Assembly (NCBI GenBank): GCA_001643675.2
Contig: LSRY02000046.1
Coordinates: forward strand, 682,001 to 746,000
DNA: 64,000 nt
Reading direction: 5' to 3'
Origin: Monocercomonoides exilis PA203
Taxonomy: Eukaryota > Protista > Preaxostyla
Shown here in pieces: positions 53,101-64,000 of the stretch (position 1 is its first letter; each line of letters begins with the position of its first letter). Position numbers and translations under genes: made by a program. Under the pieces are notes generated by a model. It made no database searches and was not told the origin of the DNA. It was given only the letters and a program-made list of their open reading frames with translations.

Positions 53101-56100
53101 GGTATAACAATAGAAGCAGTTGTGGTTGCTTTAAGGGTTATGGAGGAGGAGGAGGAGGAGGAGGAGGAGGAGGGAATTTAAATAATTCTTCTTCTTCTTC
53201 TACTTCTTCTTCTACTTCTTCTTCTTCTTCTTCTTCTTCTTCGTCTTTTCACATTTCTTCTCGTTTTATCTATTTGATGGAGCCAGATTTCATTTCTCTC
53301 TGTTATGCACTGCTTTCCTTCATCACTGAGCTTAATCGCTCTTCTTTTGATTTGTTTTCTGTTCCTGATACTTCTTCTTCTTCATTCTCTTCTTCCACCT
53401 CTTCTTCCTCCTCCTCCTCTTTCTCTTTCTCTTCCTCTTCCTCTTCCTCTTCAAACATCCCCTCCCACATTCTCCGCCTTAACTCCACTTTATCCTTGTT
53501 CCTTCCTCAGTTTCTGATTGACCTCGTTTCCTCTATCGATTCTATGATAACACTCAGCAAATGCACTTCTCATAGAAAACATTCAAGAAAAGGGAAGATG
53601 AATGTGAAAGAAGAAATTAAAGAAGAAGAAGAGGAGGAAGATAAAGATGAAGGAAGAGAAGAAGAAGAAGAATATGATGATGATGAAGTGGGGCTGTTTG
53701 CCAGTAGAGACAAGATGATAGAGAGAATTATGCAAAGAAATAAATCATCTTCATCGTTGTCATCATCATCATCATCATCTTCTTCTTCTTCTTCTTCTTC
53801 TGTTGAATGGACAATTGAAACTTCATCAAATAAGAACAATAACAACAACAATAATAATAAACCCCCAAACCAGAAAGAACACACAAAGAAATCATCATTC
53901 CATCCATCAGCTGTTTTATTCCCTCCCTTTTTGCACTTTTCTTCTCAATCCGATTTCGCTTCAATCGAAAAATTTGCATGTGCCAATCAAACTGCCTTTT
54001 ATTCCCAGTCATTTTTCGATTTTGCACAGGATTCCACTGAAATAAATACAATTGACTCGTTTTTTCTCTCTTCTTTTCGAGTGAAACTTGTCTCAGACAA
54101 AGTTTATCTGCCTCTTCTTTCAACCATTGCAGACGAAGCAAACCGGCTGCTGTATTGCTTCTTCTACGATGAGCTGTTATCTCCACTGCCCCTGAGGGAG
54201 AAAGGGAAAGAAGGAGATTATTCACTCAATGGAGTTAATAGTAGATGCTCAACTGCTTCTTCTGCTACTGCTGCTTCTTCTTCTTCTTCATTAAACAAAT
54301 CAGTTTCTTCCTCTTCTCTCCCTTCTTCTTCCTCTTCCTCTTCTTCCTCTTCTTCTTCCTCTTCTTCTTCCTCTTCCTCTTCCTCTTCCTCTTCCTCTTC
54401 ATCCTCTCCTTCTCCTTCTCCTTCTTCTTCTTCTTCCACCCGCCTTCCTTCTCCCATCACCGACACCTCCACCTCTTTCCTCTTCTCCCCCGACATCATC
54501 GTCCCTCCTCCTTCTCCCGATTACTCTGCCTCCGTCTCTTCTCCCATCACATCTTACCCGCCTCCCTGCGACCCTCCTCCTCCTCCTTCTCTTCCTCCTT
54601 CTTTCCCTCTTTCTCATCTGCCTCCTGCCATCACAAAACTCACTGCTCGTGTTGGGATATCCATAGGCGTTGATGATGAATGTAGAAGCAGCAGTAACAA
54701 TGGTGGAGTCATATTTGAGAGAGAGAGAAAGAGAAGAAGAGAGATTTCACAGCTCCACAACCGATTGATTTTTTTCTTCAGATTTTTGAACGAAGCGCTC
54801 AGCAAATCGGATGTGGCACGCAACATGGCGTATTGGATGCATATTGTTCTTTCTCTATTCTCACTCATCTTTCCTTCTTTGTTTTTGAGAGAGAATTTAG
54901 TCATATGCAATAATAATAATAACAACAATGGTGGTGATTGTGGTGGAGAAGGAAGAGGAAGAGAAGGAGATGGCATTTATTCCCTCACATTAGCCAGCAA
55001 AGCTCAATATGATTCACAAAGAGGTCTGTTTAATCTTCCTCTTTCGTCTCTCCTGCAGAAGTTTCACTCACAAAACGGATTTTCTATTCAACAAAGAACG
55101 AATGAAACAGAAATCGCATTCGAAAGAGAAAACGAAATTAAAAGCAATTCGTTTTTCCCTTCCTTTTTCACTAATTGTGCAAAAGAATGCGAAAATAATG
55201 AGTCTTTTCATTTGAATAACATTTCTTCTTCTGTTTTGTTCACTCTTCCCACAGACGCCCCTGCTCTTTCATTTGGCCCCACAAAATGTTGTTCTTCAGA
55301 AACTTTGCATCTTCCAGTGCAATTCACACCTTTGGATGACGATGATGGAGAAGGAGAAGAAGAAGAAGAGAATCTTGAAGAGAAAGATCAGAATGCGTTT
55401 GTTTCAACCTCTTCTTCTTCTCTTACTTCTTCTTCTTCTTCTTTCCATCTCCCCGAGTTAATACCCCCCGACTCCTCTTCCCCTCTCCCTCCCGTCTTCA
55501 TCCGCGAAGCAGGTCTTCTTCTGAAGCGCCTTCTTCTCCTTCCAGACATCCAAAGCAACCTCTCCATGTTCCTCTTGAAGTACATCACACTCAACATCAT
55601 CGACCGCTCGGGTTTGTGGGGCAACACAAAAGATGCAGATGAATTGGAGGAGGAAGACGAGGCAAAGTGGAAGAGGCTGAAGGAAGAGCCGGAACCGACG
55701 CCGTTTTGGGTGTATGCAGAGAAGACGTCGAAGATGCTGGTAGAGAGAAGAGGAAAGGGAGAAGGAGAGGACGGAGAAATAGAAAAATCCGGAGAAATTG
55801 GAGAAGGAAAAGAAGAAGGCAGTTCATCTTCTTCTGTGCGTATGATAGATGGTACACTTGGTTTCACTTCTCCTTCTGTTCTTTCTTCATTCGCAAAAGT
55901 GAACACTTCCAATCCTCAAGCTTCAAAGCCATGCTCTTTACTAATATGTGCTTCGACTCCATCGTTAGCATCATTATCACCTTCATCATCATCGTCATCA
56001 TCATCTTCTTCTTTATCAATCGAAGATGATTCAATAACCGAATTCCGCACAGCCGAAGACTCAGAAGCAGCTCTTCTGCAGCGTCTGGCATTGAACGAAC

Positions 56101-59100
56101 TTGACTCCCGTCTCTCAGATGCAGAACGAAGGTGGATTTATCACTCCAACTTAACCTCTGCACTTGGGTGTTCTGCACTTCCTGTTGTGTCACCTTCTTC
56201 TCTTCTCATTCCGGGCACCCAAATCCACTCATTTCCTGCGCCTTCTGTCTCCTTCTCTCTATTTCCCCCCACCGCCTCTCCAGCGCGTGTGCGAAAGGTG
56301 ATATTTGACGAAGTGATCAGTGTTGTGTTCCACAGAGCAGAGAAGAGAAGGGCAGAGCTGATTGAGCTGATGAACTTCCTGTTTGTGGAGTCGCTGCAGA
56401 GAGTAGAGCAGACACAGCCAATGAAAGGGTATGCCGTGATGTGTGTGCTAAAGGCAATCCTGTCAGAAAGAGAAAGATTAAAACAGTTTGTGACCCTCCA
56501 CGTTCGCAGCTGTCTTTTTCTCATCTGCACATTCTGTGGGAACAGCAACAGCCACCTCAGCTCTGCTGCCACAGACGTCCTTGCCTCTTTCTTCAGCGGC
56601 GGCGACAGCATCGACGACCCTGACATCACAGGAGCGAAATGGGCAAAAGAATGCTTGCGCATCAGCTCCCCCACTGTCCAGCACGCTGCTTTGCTCGCCC
56701 TCAACCGCCTGGCTGAAACACACCCGCCCTCAAAGTACTTCGACTTGTGGAACCCGATCTTTCCTGAGCTGCTGAATGCAGAGCAGATGAAGAGGTACTG
56801 CGAGGTCGACCGCTCGCTCGCTGCCTCGCTTGTCGCGCTGTTTGCGTCGTCTGCCGTCAGCTTTGAGCACATCTCAGTTGCAATGCCTCGCATGCTCCCT
56901 TTATTGGGCATCCCAAACACAGCTCTTCAGACAACTGTCCTGCAGATCCTGTTGGAGGCAGCGAAGAGGGGAGAAAGCGAGCGTCTGTCGTTAGATTCCC
57001 TCAGAGCCATCGAGTGGGCGTCGGCAGGGCTGAGATCTGTTCCCGATGAGCTTATCTTTGGCGCCCTGCAGTTCTTTGTGGTGATGCTGGGCACGATACA
57101 CAACCGGCCTGATGCTGACAGCGCCATCACTTCTATCACAAGAAGGAGGGAATATAATGGAGTGCGCTTTGGCTGCCCCTGCGAAATGCTGGCGGTGAAG
57201 ATGTACTCGTTCACGTTCGAGTCGATGCTGAAGCTGATCAACCCGCTCACACACACGCCACGCACAGTCTCTTTGGCTGTCGCTTGCATTTCGGCCTTTG
57301 CTGAACTGGGATTTGGGGCAGAGGACGTGATGGAAGACAGGATTGCGCTGCAGCTGTATCAGAAACCGGAGGAAAGGGCGTCGTTTTTCTTTTCTCCGGC
57401 TTCTTCTCCTGGTGGGAGCGGGAGTGGAAGTGGAAGAATCGCATCAGCAGCAAATGCAATGGAAGCAATGTATTCTTCTTCTTCCTCTCCCTTTTACTCC
57501 CCCTCTTCATATTCCTCTTCCGACCAAAAACTCCCCTTCGACTCCGGCACCTGCTTCATCCGCCTTCTCATTTCCCTCTTTTTCACCAAGTTCCCTTCCC
57601 TCACCTCTCTCTCTTCCCTCTCCTCCACCAGCCCCAACGCCTACCTCCGCCTCTACCCAACCCCTCCTCTCGTCCACGCCTCCCGCGCCTTAACCCACTT
57701 TGCCAAGCAAGACAGACGCATAGCACATTCTTTGTCTTCTATCAGAATCAGTTTCCCCTCCTGGCCTTCCACACATATCTTGCTCTCTTCTGTTGTTCCG
57801 CAGCTGCTGGAGACGATGGAGGGAATTAACTTGGCGAATGTGCTGAGGTTTGTGGCGGTTGTGTGTGAGATTAGCAGGGCTTTTAGAAAGCAGCTGGTGG
57901 AGATGGATATCTTTGGAATTGTGCTGAAGATGATTCGAATGGGAGGAGAGGCGTTTGTGAGGAAGAGGAAAGAGGAAGGAGAAGAAGAAGGAAGCAACAA
58001 AGAAGTGGATGATAATAATAAAGAAGGTGATATAAGAGAAACTTCCGTAGATTCAGATAGAAAGCACGTATTCAGCCCAAGTCCGCTATCTCCTTCGAAT
58101 TTTGCTCAAAACAATGCAACTTCAGAAAATAATCCCTTCATCGCCCCGATCGCTTCCCCAACGCCTCCAGAACTAATTCCTGCAGACATCAAAAGCAGCC
58201 TAAATAGGAAGCATATAACACCGCTGGATTCTGAAGAGGCAGAAAATGAAGAGGATGAAGAAGATAATGACAACGATAATGATGAAGGTAGTTCAAACGA
58301 AAGAGAAGAAAGAGATGATATTGAAATTGAAAATGAGGGAGAAAGAGAAAGAAGTTTAGAAGAAGAAGAAGAAGTTGAGAATATCAGCAGACAAAGCAGA
58401 AGAGGAGAAAGAAGAGAGGAAAGAAGAGCGATCACTGCCGCATCGCGGAATTCTCGTCGGAGTGTGCAGACAGCCAACCGATCAGTCGATGCGTTCTCAA
58501 CAGCCTCAGCTGCTGCTGGCACACTCAATGCCTCATTCTCTGCTGCTTCCTCTTCTGCTTCAACTTCATCATCATCTTCTTCTTCTTCTCTCTCCTCTTC
58601 TTCCTCTTCTCCTTCATTGCTTTCGTCCTCCTCTTCTTCATCTTCTATAACCCCACAAACTTCTTCTTGTTCTTCCACAAAGAAAGTTGAGCTTAAACTG
58701 ACAAAAACATACCGCCCGCCTCGTCCCGAGCTCTTCTTCCTCAAAACATCCAAGTGGATTGACTATTATCTCATAAGACTGCTGGAAAGCCTAATCGACA
58801 ACGATACTTTTGACAAGCTTGTCAATTTCAAAGAGAAAAATTCTCCTTCTGGTTCTTCTGCTTCTGCTTCTGCTTCTTCTTCTTCTTCTTCAATGAACAA
58901 CACAGCACAAAACTTTGGTGAGTCTGGCTCTGCTGTAGAATATGTGCTTTCTGAAGAGTTTCCTCATTTCTGGATAATCAAGCAAGGAATGCGCAGCCCA
59001 GTAGCGATGATACAGAGAGCCACCCAAAGACTGCTTGTGAAATTGTGTCTGGTCGCATTTGTGAAAGATGTTTCGAATAAAAAATTAGAATTTAATTCTT

Positions 59101-62100
59101 CTTCTTCTTCTGCCTTCTCCCAAACCTCCTCTCAACCTTCCACCCAGACCCCTTCTGACACCAAAACAAGTCCTTCCTCTTCTTTCTTCAGTGACCCATC
59201 CACCCGCCGCACATTCTACTCGTATCTCTTCATGCTCCGTGACCAGCGCGGCTCCCTCGCCATCTCCGCTCAGTCAAACAGCCAAGCACAGCTTCCACAG
59301 CTCAATCAAATGACACAAACGACACAAGTTAATCATCTTAATCAACCGAATCAGTTTTCTCAATCCAATCAGCTCAATCAATCTAGTCAATACACTCCTC
59401 TTACTCAATTCACACCTCAAACACAGAACGCGACTGCAGCTGATGGCTCCCTCATCCCCAGTGCTCCCATTCCCGATGGCGGTCGCATCTACCTCGAGTC
59501 CTTCCCTCTCCTCCCTCCCACAAAATCCCCCTTCGACTGCCTCCCTCCTTCTGCAAACATCTCATACACTCTGAGAGACACATGCCACAAGCTGGGTGAG
59601 GCGCTGGCTGAGCACTTGAATGCCATTTATTCCCTCTGTTCTCGCTTCATCGGTGCTGGCAGCGCCCCCTCGGGTGTAGCGATGGAAGCAGCGCAGACAG
59701 AAATTTCCTCGTTCTGCGAGCAGGAGAATTCGCTCCGCCTGTCAATCAGCCAGCTCATGAGCAGAACTGGCACACAGGGAAGCATCAACGCAGCTGCTAT
59801 GGCTGCTTCTTCTTCTTCTTCTTCGGCATCTGTTTCTTCTTCTTCTATTTCTCCGAGAGGCGGAGTATCTTCCGTGCTGGGTGCAGGTGACGGTGCACAA
59901 TGGATCCTCCGGCGCGAAGAGCTGGCAGAGGCGCTTATTCTGGTGCCTAACATTATGTCTGCCCTCTCCCAGCTGCTTCTGTCTCCTCTCTGTTCCATCC
60001 GCTTCCGCGTCGAAATCGCAAAGTTGGTGTTTATTCTGACAGAGAAATCAGATTTTGGGCGGCGTAGTGTGGAAGAGTACTGTCTGAGGATGATCTGCTG
60101 TGCGTCTGACATCTTCAACATCAACAGCCCCGCCACGTCTGCCTACCAGGCGATCCGCATTCCCCCCGCCAGCAACATGCCGCTCTATCAGATGCTGTAC
60201 GACTCGGTGCACCGCATCGACTCAGACGCTGATGCTGGCAATCTCTCAGGCGCAAGACAAACACAGTCAGTGGCTCAGCTGCTGATCTCGCTGAAGAGGC
60301 ACGCTGCTTCCACAAGGCAGGCCATCGCAGCGAAGATGAGAGAGGCGGCTGAGGCGCAGAATCCGAAGAGAAGAGAAGACGCGAAGGAGAGCGGGGGCGC
60401 GTCGTCTTCTGCAGATAAAATGAAAGGCAGCTCATCAACAATGAACTCATCATCATCAGCATCAGCATTAGCAATCCCCAATGCCTCCTCCCTCACCCCA
60501 TTCCCTGTATGCATTCCTCCTCCGTGTCTGCTGGACCGCCCTCCTCCTCCTTACAACCCATCCACCACGCTCTCCTTCGTGTGCCAGCTGATCTGCCTCA
60601 ACTATCTTTCAGGGAGAGGCGCCTTCGTGAGAGGTGAATGCTCCTTCGGCGGCATCGTGTTTCGCTCGCAGACAGCAAAACTGGCGCTGATGGTGAAAGT
60701 GTTTGCCGGCGCGTCCTTTTTGAACACATCCCTACGCACTGCCCCTCTGCTCCACACGTGCCACGATGCGGGGCTTGAGTCTGGCTCCTTTCTGGTCGCT
60801 CTCTCCTGCCTCGCCTCTCTCGCCAAGCGCGGGTACTCATTCGTCCAAGTGCGCGAGGCAAAAATATTTCCCCTTCTTGTTGCCATGCTCCGCCTCCCTT
60901 CATTACCTGCAGCACTGCCGGCATCAATTGCCAAACAGGCTGCATTTCAGATGCCCTACCCGATGGTTGTACCCACACACGAGCGCTGCTTCCTAGCGGC
61001 GGTGTGCATCGGCCACTTCTGCCTCCTCGACGCTGCAAATGCGAAGTGCGTGGCCGCTAACCCTTTCTTCTTCCACAACATCCTCCACATTTTGGCTGTC
61101 CCGGCCTCTTCTCTTGCTTACTTTGCTGTTCCCACCTCAGTCCGCACAGCGCTTCTGTTTGCGCTCCATTCGGTCTGCTCCATCGACACCTCTGCAGCAA
61201 TGATGATGATGAGGGCGGTGCCAATGGCAAAGACGATATTGCACAGCTGCTTGTTCACGGCAGCTCAGCACGAGATGGCAATTATGGGAGATGCGATGCT
61301 GCAGACGGGAAATCAGATGGAGATGCTGCAGCCTTCATCATCATCATCATCTTCTTCTTCTTCTTCTTCTTCTTCAGTCCAGCAAGGCACATTGAAATCT
61401 GGCAGCTCATTCTGGTTTGACAGATTAGGGCTGCTTGTGAAGGGTGAGATGCCATCGCCGTTTCAGCCAATTGCGAGAGCATACGCGCTTCGTGTGCTGA
61501 CTCTTGCAATGCTTGCTTCTGATGCTCAGCTTTCATATGGCAAGCAAACGAGGTCGAATAACTGTTTAGGTCAATCATCGAATGCGAATGTTGAAAGGGA
61601 TAATGAAATGGCTCAGAGAATGGAATCTACTCAACAAACAGAAAGAGCTAGTGTTTCAGCTGTTGCTAGCTCTGCCTCTTTTCCAATTGTGCAAGGGATT
61701 TCATCATACAAATCATCTTCTCAGCTTCCTCTGCTTTCATTTCCAGAAATTGTCGATATGTTTCCGCTCAAAACACAGCCGCCGGCTCCTCAGCAGGCAA
61801 TATTACCTCCATCGCCTCTATTCAACTCCCCTCATTTAGACTTCTTCACATACCCTCGTGTGTTGCACAGAACACTTTCGTTGTTCAACACAACTGGCAA
61901 CAAAAACACGAAACAGCTGTTGAAAGCAGCAAATGTGTTCCTTCGCTTGTCTTTCACTCGAATTCTGTCAGAAAACATGTCAAAAGCAATTCTTGAGTTT
62001 CCAGATACAAGCACAGAAAAATCATCGACTCCGCAATTACAACAACCCCAACCATCATCAACAGCATGCTATGCATCGCTTCCTGGCTTCTGGCCACGTG

Positions 62101-64000
62101 AGTCTCTTCCCCACACGATGTTCATTCCCGAAGATCGTTTCCAGTCATTTATCAGCAAGTTGGATACGCCTTCATCTTCTTTGACACAAAATGAGCTTGG
62201 AACACTTCCTCAGCACACGCCGAACACAATGTATCCTATTTTGAGTACAATCAGTGTAAATAGCATGAATACGGGTGGGAAAGAGGAAGGGCTGAAGAGA
62301 GAGATGAAGATGTTGAACAGCAGCGAGCAGCAAAAATGGCTGAGTAAACACGCAAGAGAGTACAAGTCATATACGTGGTTCTTTGACAAGTGGATGGAGA
62401 AAGTGCGAACGGGGAAACAGACGAAGGAGAGTGACGAAGGGTGCTGGAACATCCTGTACCGCCTGGCGCTGGACACGAAAGAGAGCGAGATGCTACGGAG
62501 CCTTCTCGACATCGCCCAGCGCCCATCCGCTCTGAATGAAGACAACAGTGCAAGCAGCGGACTGAGGAATGGCATAGAACTGTTAGCTCAGGTGGTGGGG
62601 ACTGCAGGGGCAGCAGAGGAGATTGTGGCGATGGGGTCGTATGTGATGGTGAACTATTGTGAAGGGCTGGGGAAGAAAGAATTCACGATCGTTACACATG
62701 ATGGATACAAATATGAGAGTCGAACTGATTGGTATGATGAAGATTATCAATTCTTTTTATTCAAAAGTTAACTTCTTTTATTTCTTGAAATAAATATTCT
62801 ATTTTGTGAATTCAAACATTATCCTAATTTGAAAAATCAATTTAATTATTTTTTTTCAATATTCCAACACCATTGAATTTTCTTAGCCATCGGAAGAAGA
62901 TCTCCCAATATTCTATGGTCAAGCTGTTCAACCTGATGGCAACTCCCACGCCTGTTCTTCGACTGAATGCATCACGATGCATTCTCGCTCTGACTGACCA
63001 TTCATTGGGGATGCATGCACTGCATGATGAGGGTAACCTCACAACAGTTTTGTATTCAATTGAGAATGATGATGGAGAAACGCTGGACAACTCTGTGTGG
63101 ATTATCGCGAATGCTGCGAAGAATAGTTTGAAGATTTTATGATTATTGAAGAAATGTTAATAAATAATAATAATAATAATAATTTCATGCAATTTTTATT
63201 TGTTATTTGTGTTTTTTTTTTAACTGATATTTGAATTCTTTCATTTTAAGGTGATATTGTAAAAGACATGTTGTATCAACTTGCAGCTGTGCGAGTTCTT
63301 CTCCGCCTTTTGACTCCATTCACTCCATCATCAGATCACTTTTCAACTTCATTAGAATCACCAACACAATCGCACACTCCGTCATTCCGAGTAGCCTCAT
63401 TATCCTCTTCTTCCTCTTCCTCTTCCTCTTCCTTCTCCTCTCCTCCACACATCTCCATCGACACTTTGAAATATCTCATTCCTTCAGTTACATGTGCACT
63501 GTCCAACCTTGTTTTGAAGCATCATGGCCACAGCCGAGAATTCCTCGAAGCACAAGGCGTTCCCACGCTGCTTGCTGTTCTGAGCAGCCCAGCTGTCTGC
63601 GATGCAGCAAGCGCTGTTTACATCCTCAGCACATTCCACTCTGTTCTCAAGCTGCTCCCAGAGTCCATTGTGCACTTTCAGAAAGGGCTACAGACGAGAG
63701 AAGGAAGAAGGGAGTTCTGCGATATTGTGAGAGGTGTTTGTGGGATTGCTGTATCAGCCTATCCACTGGGAGCACAACGCGGTGGAGAAGCTGATGAAAG
63801 GCTGAAAGTGGTGCTTGGGCGGTGCAAGGCGTTTGAGGAGATGAAGAGAGAGTTTGAGCGGATGGCGATTCCCTCGGAGAAAGAGATTGAATGGGAGATT
63901 GCATCGAGGAAAGAGACGACGGTGTGGAGGAGAGTGAGAGACGGATGGACACGCGAGACAGAGCCAGGTGCAAAGAGAGAGGCCAAAGAGAAGCAGAAGA
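50192..64000 (+). CDS. Very large protein (>4,400 aa, 3'-truncated by the window) with an N-terminal FYVE-like zinc finger, ARM/HEAT-like repeats and poly-Ser tracts
   Basis: Introns 50389-50460, 50541-50601, 62732-62886 and 63126-63250 join CPTC...CCLC...CEN|C...CPTC (8-Cys FYVE-like pattern) to the 12-kb exon and to ARM-like exons (SVWIIANAA, VTCALSNLV). The frame is open to 64000. Confidence 0.75.

Noticed and set aside
62680-62731. U-box-like motif (IVTHDGYKYE) beside ARM repeats
   Set aside because: The resemblance is short and the surrounding U-box residues are absent.

Overview
AT-rich, intron-containing eukaryotic DNA using the standard genetic code. The gene families, poly-Ser tracts and GTYTG-type splice donors resemble an oxymonad such as Monocercomonoides; this is an inference. 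Host genes: two paralogues of a lineage-expanded helical-repeat family (about 1109-2545 and 25336-26795); two giant single-pass receptor-like proteins with Cys/Gly-rich beta-helix ectodomains and a conserved pseudokinase tail, each broken by exactly one in-frame stop (8714-21130 minus, 36106-45294 plus); an 8-exon CIPK-type kinase with a NAF-like motif; a WDR44-like WD40 gene; and a >4,000-aa FYVE-like/ARM protein that runs off the window. DNA transposons: two pogo-type DD35D elements; a Merlin/IS1595-type element flanked by TA/TATA rather than an 8-bp TSD; a GGGTGATT MITE family with 4-bp TSDs; and a multi-level nest at 33.2-35.5 kb. The most striking structure is a 2.9-kb non-autonomous element (3596-6512, 222-bp TIRs, 8-bp TSD). 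It splits a pogo transposase and carries a decayed copy of the variable N-terminal ectodomain module found in the giant receptors, i.e. a Pack-type element carrying a surface-protein cassette.
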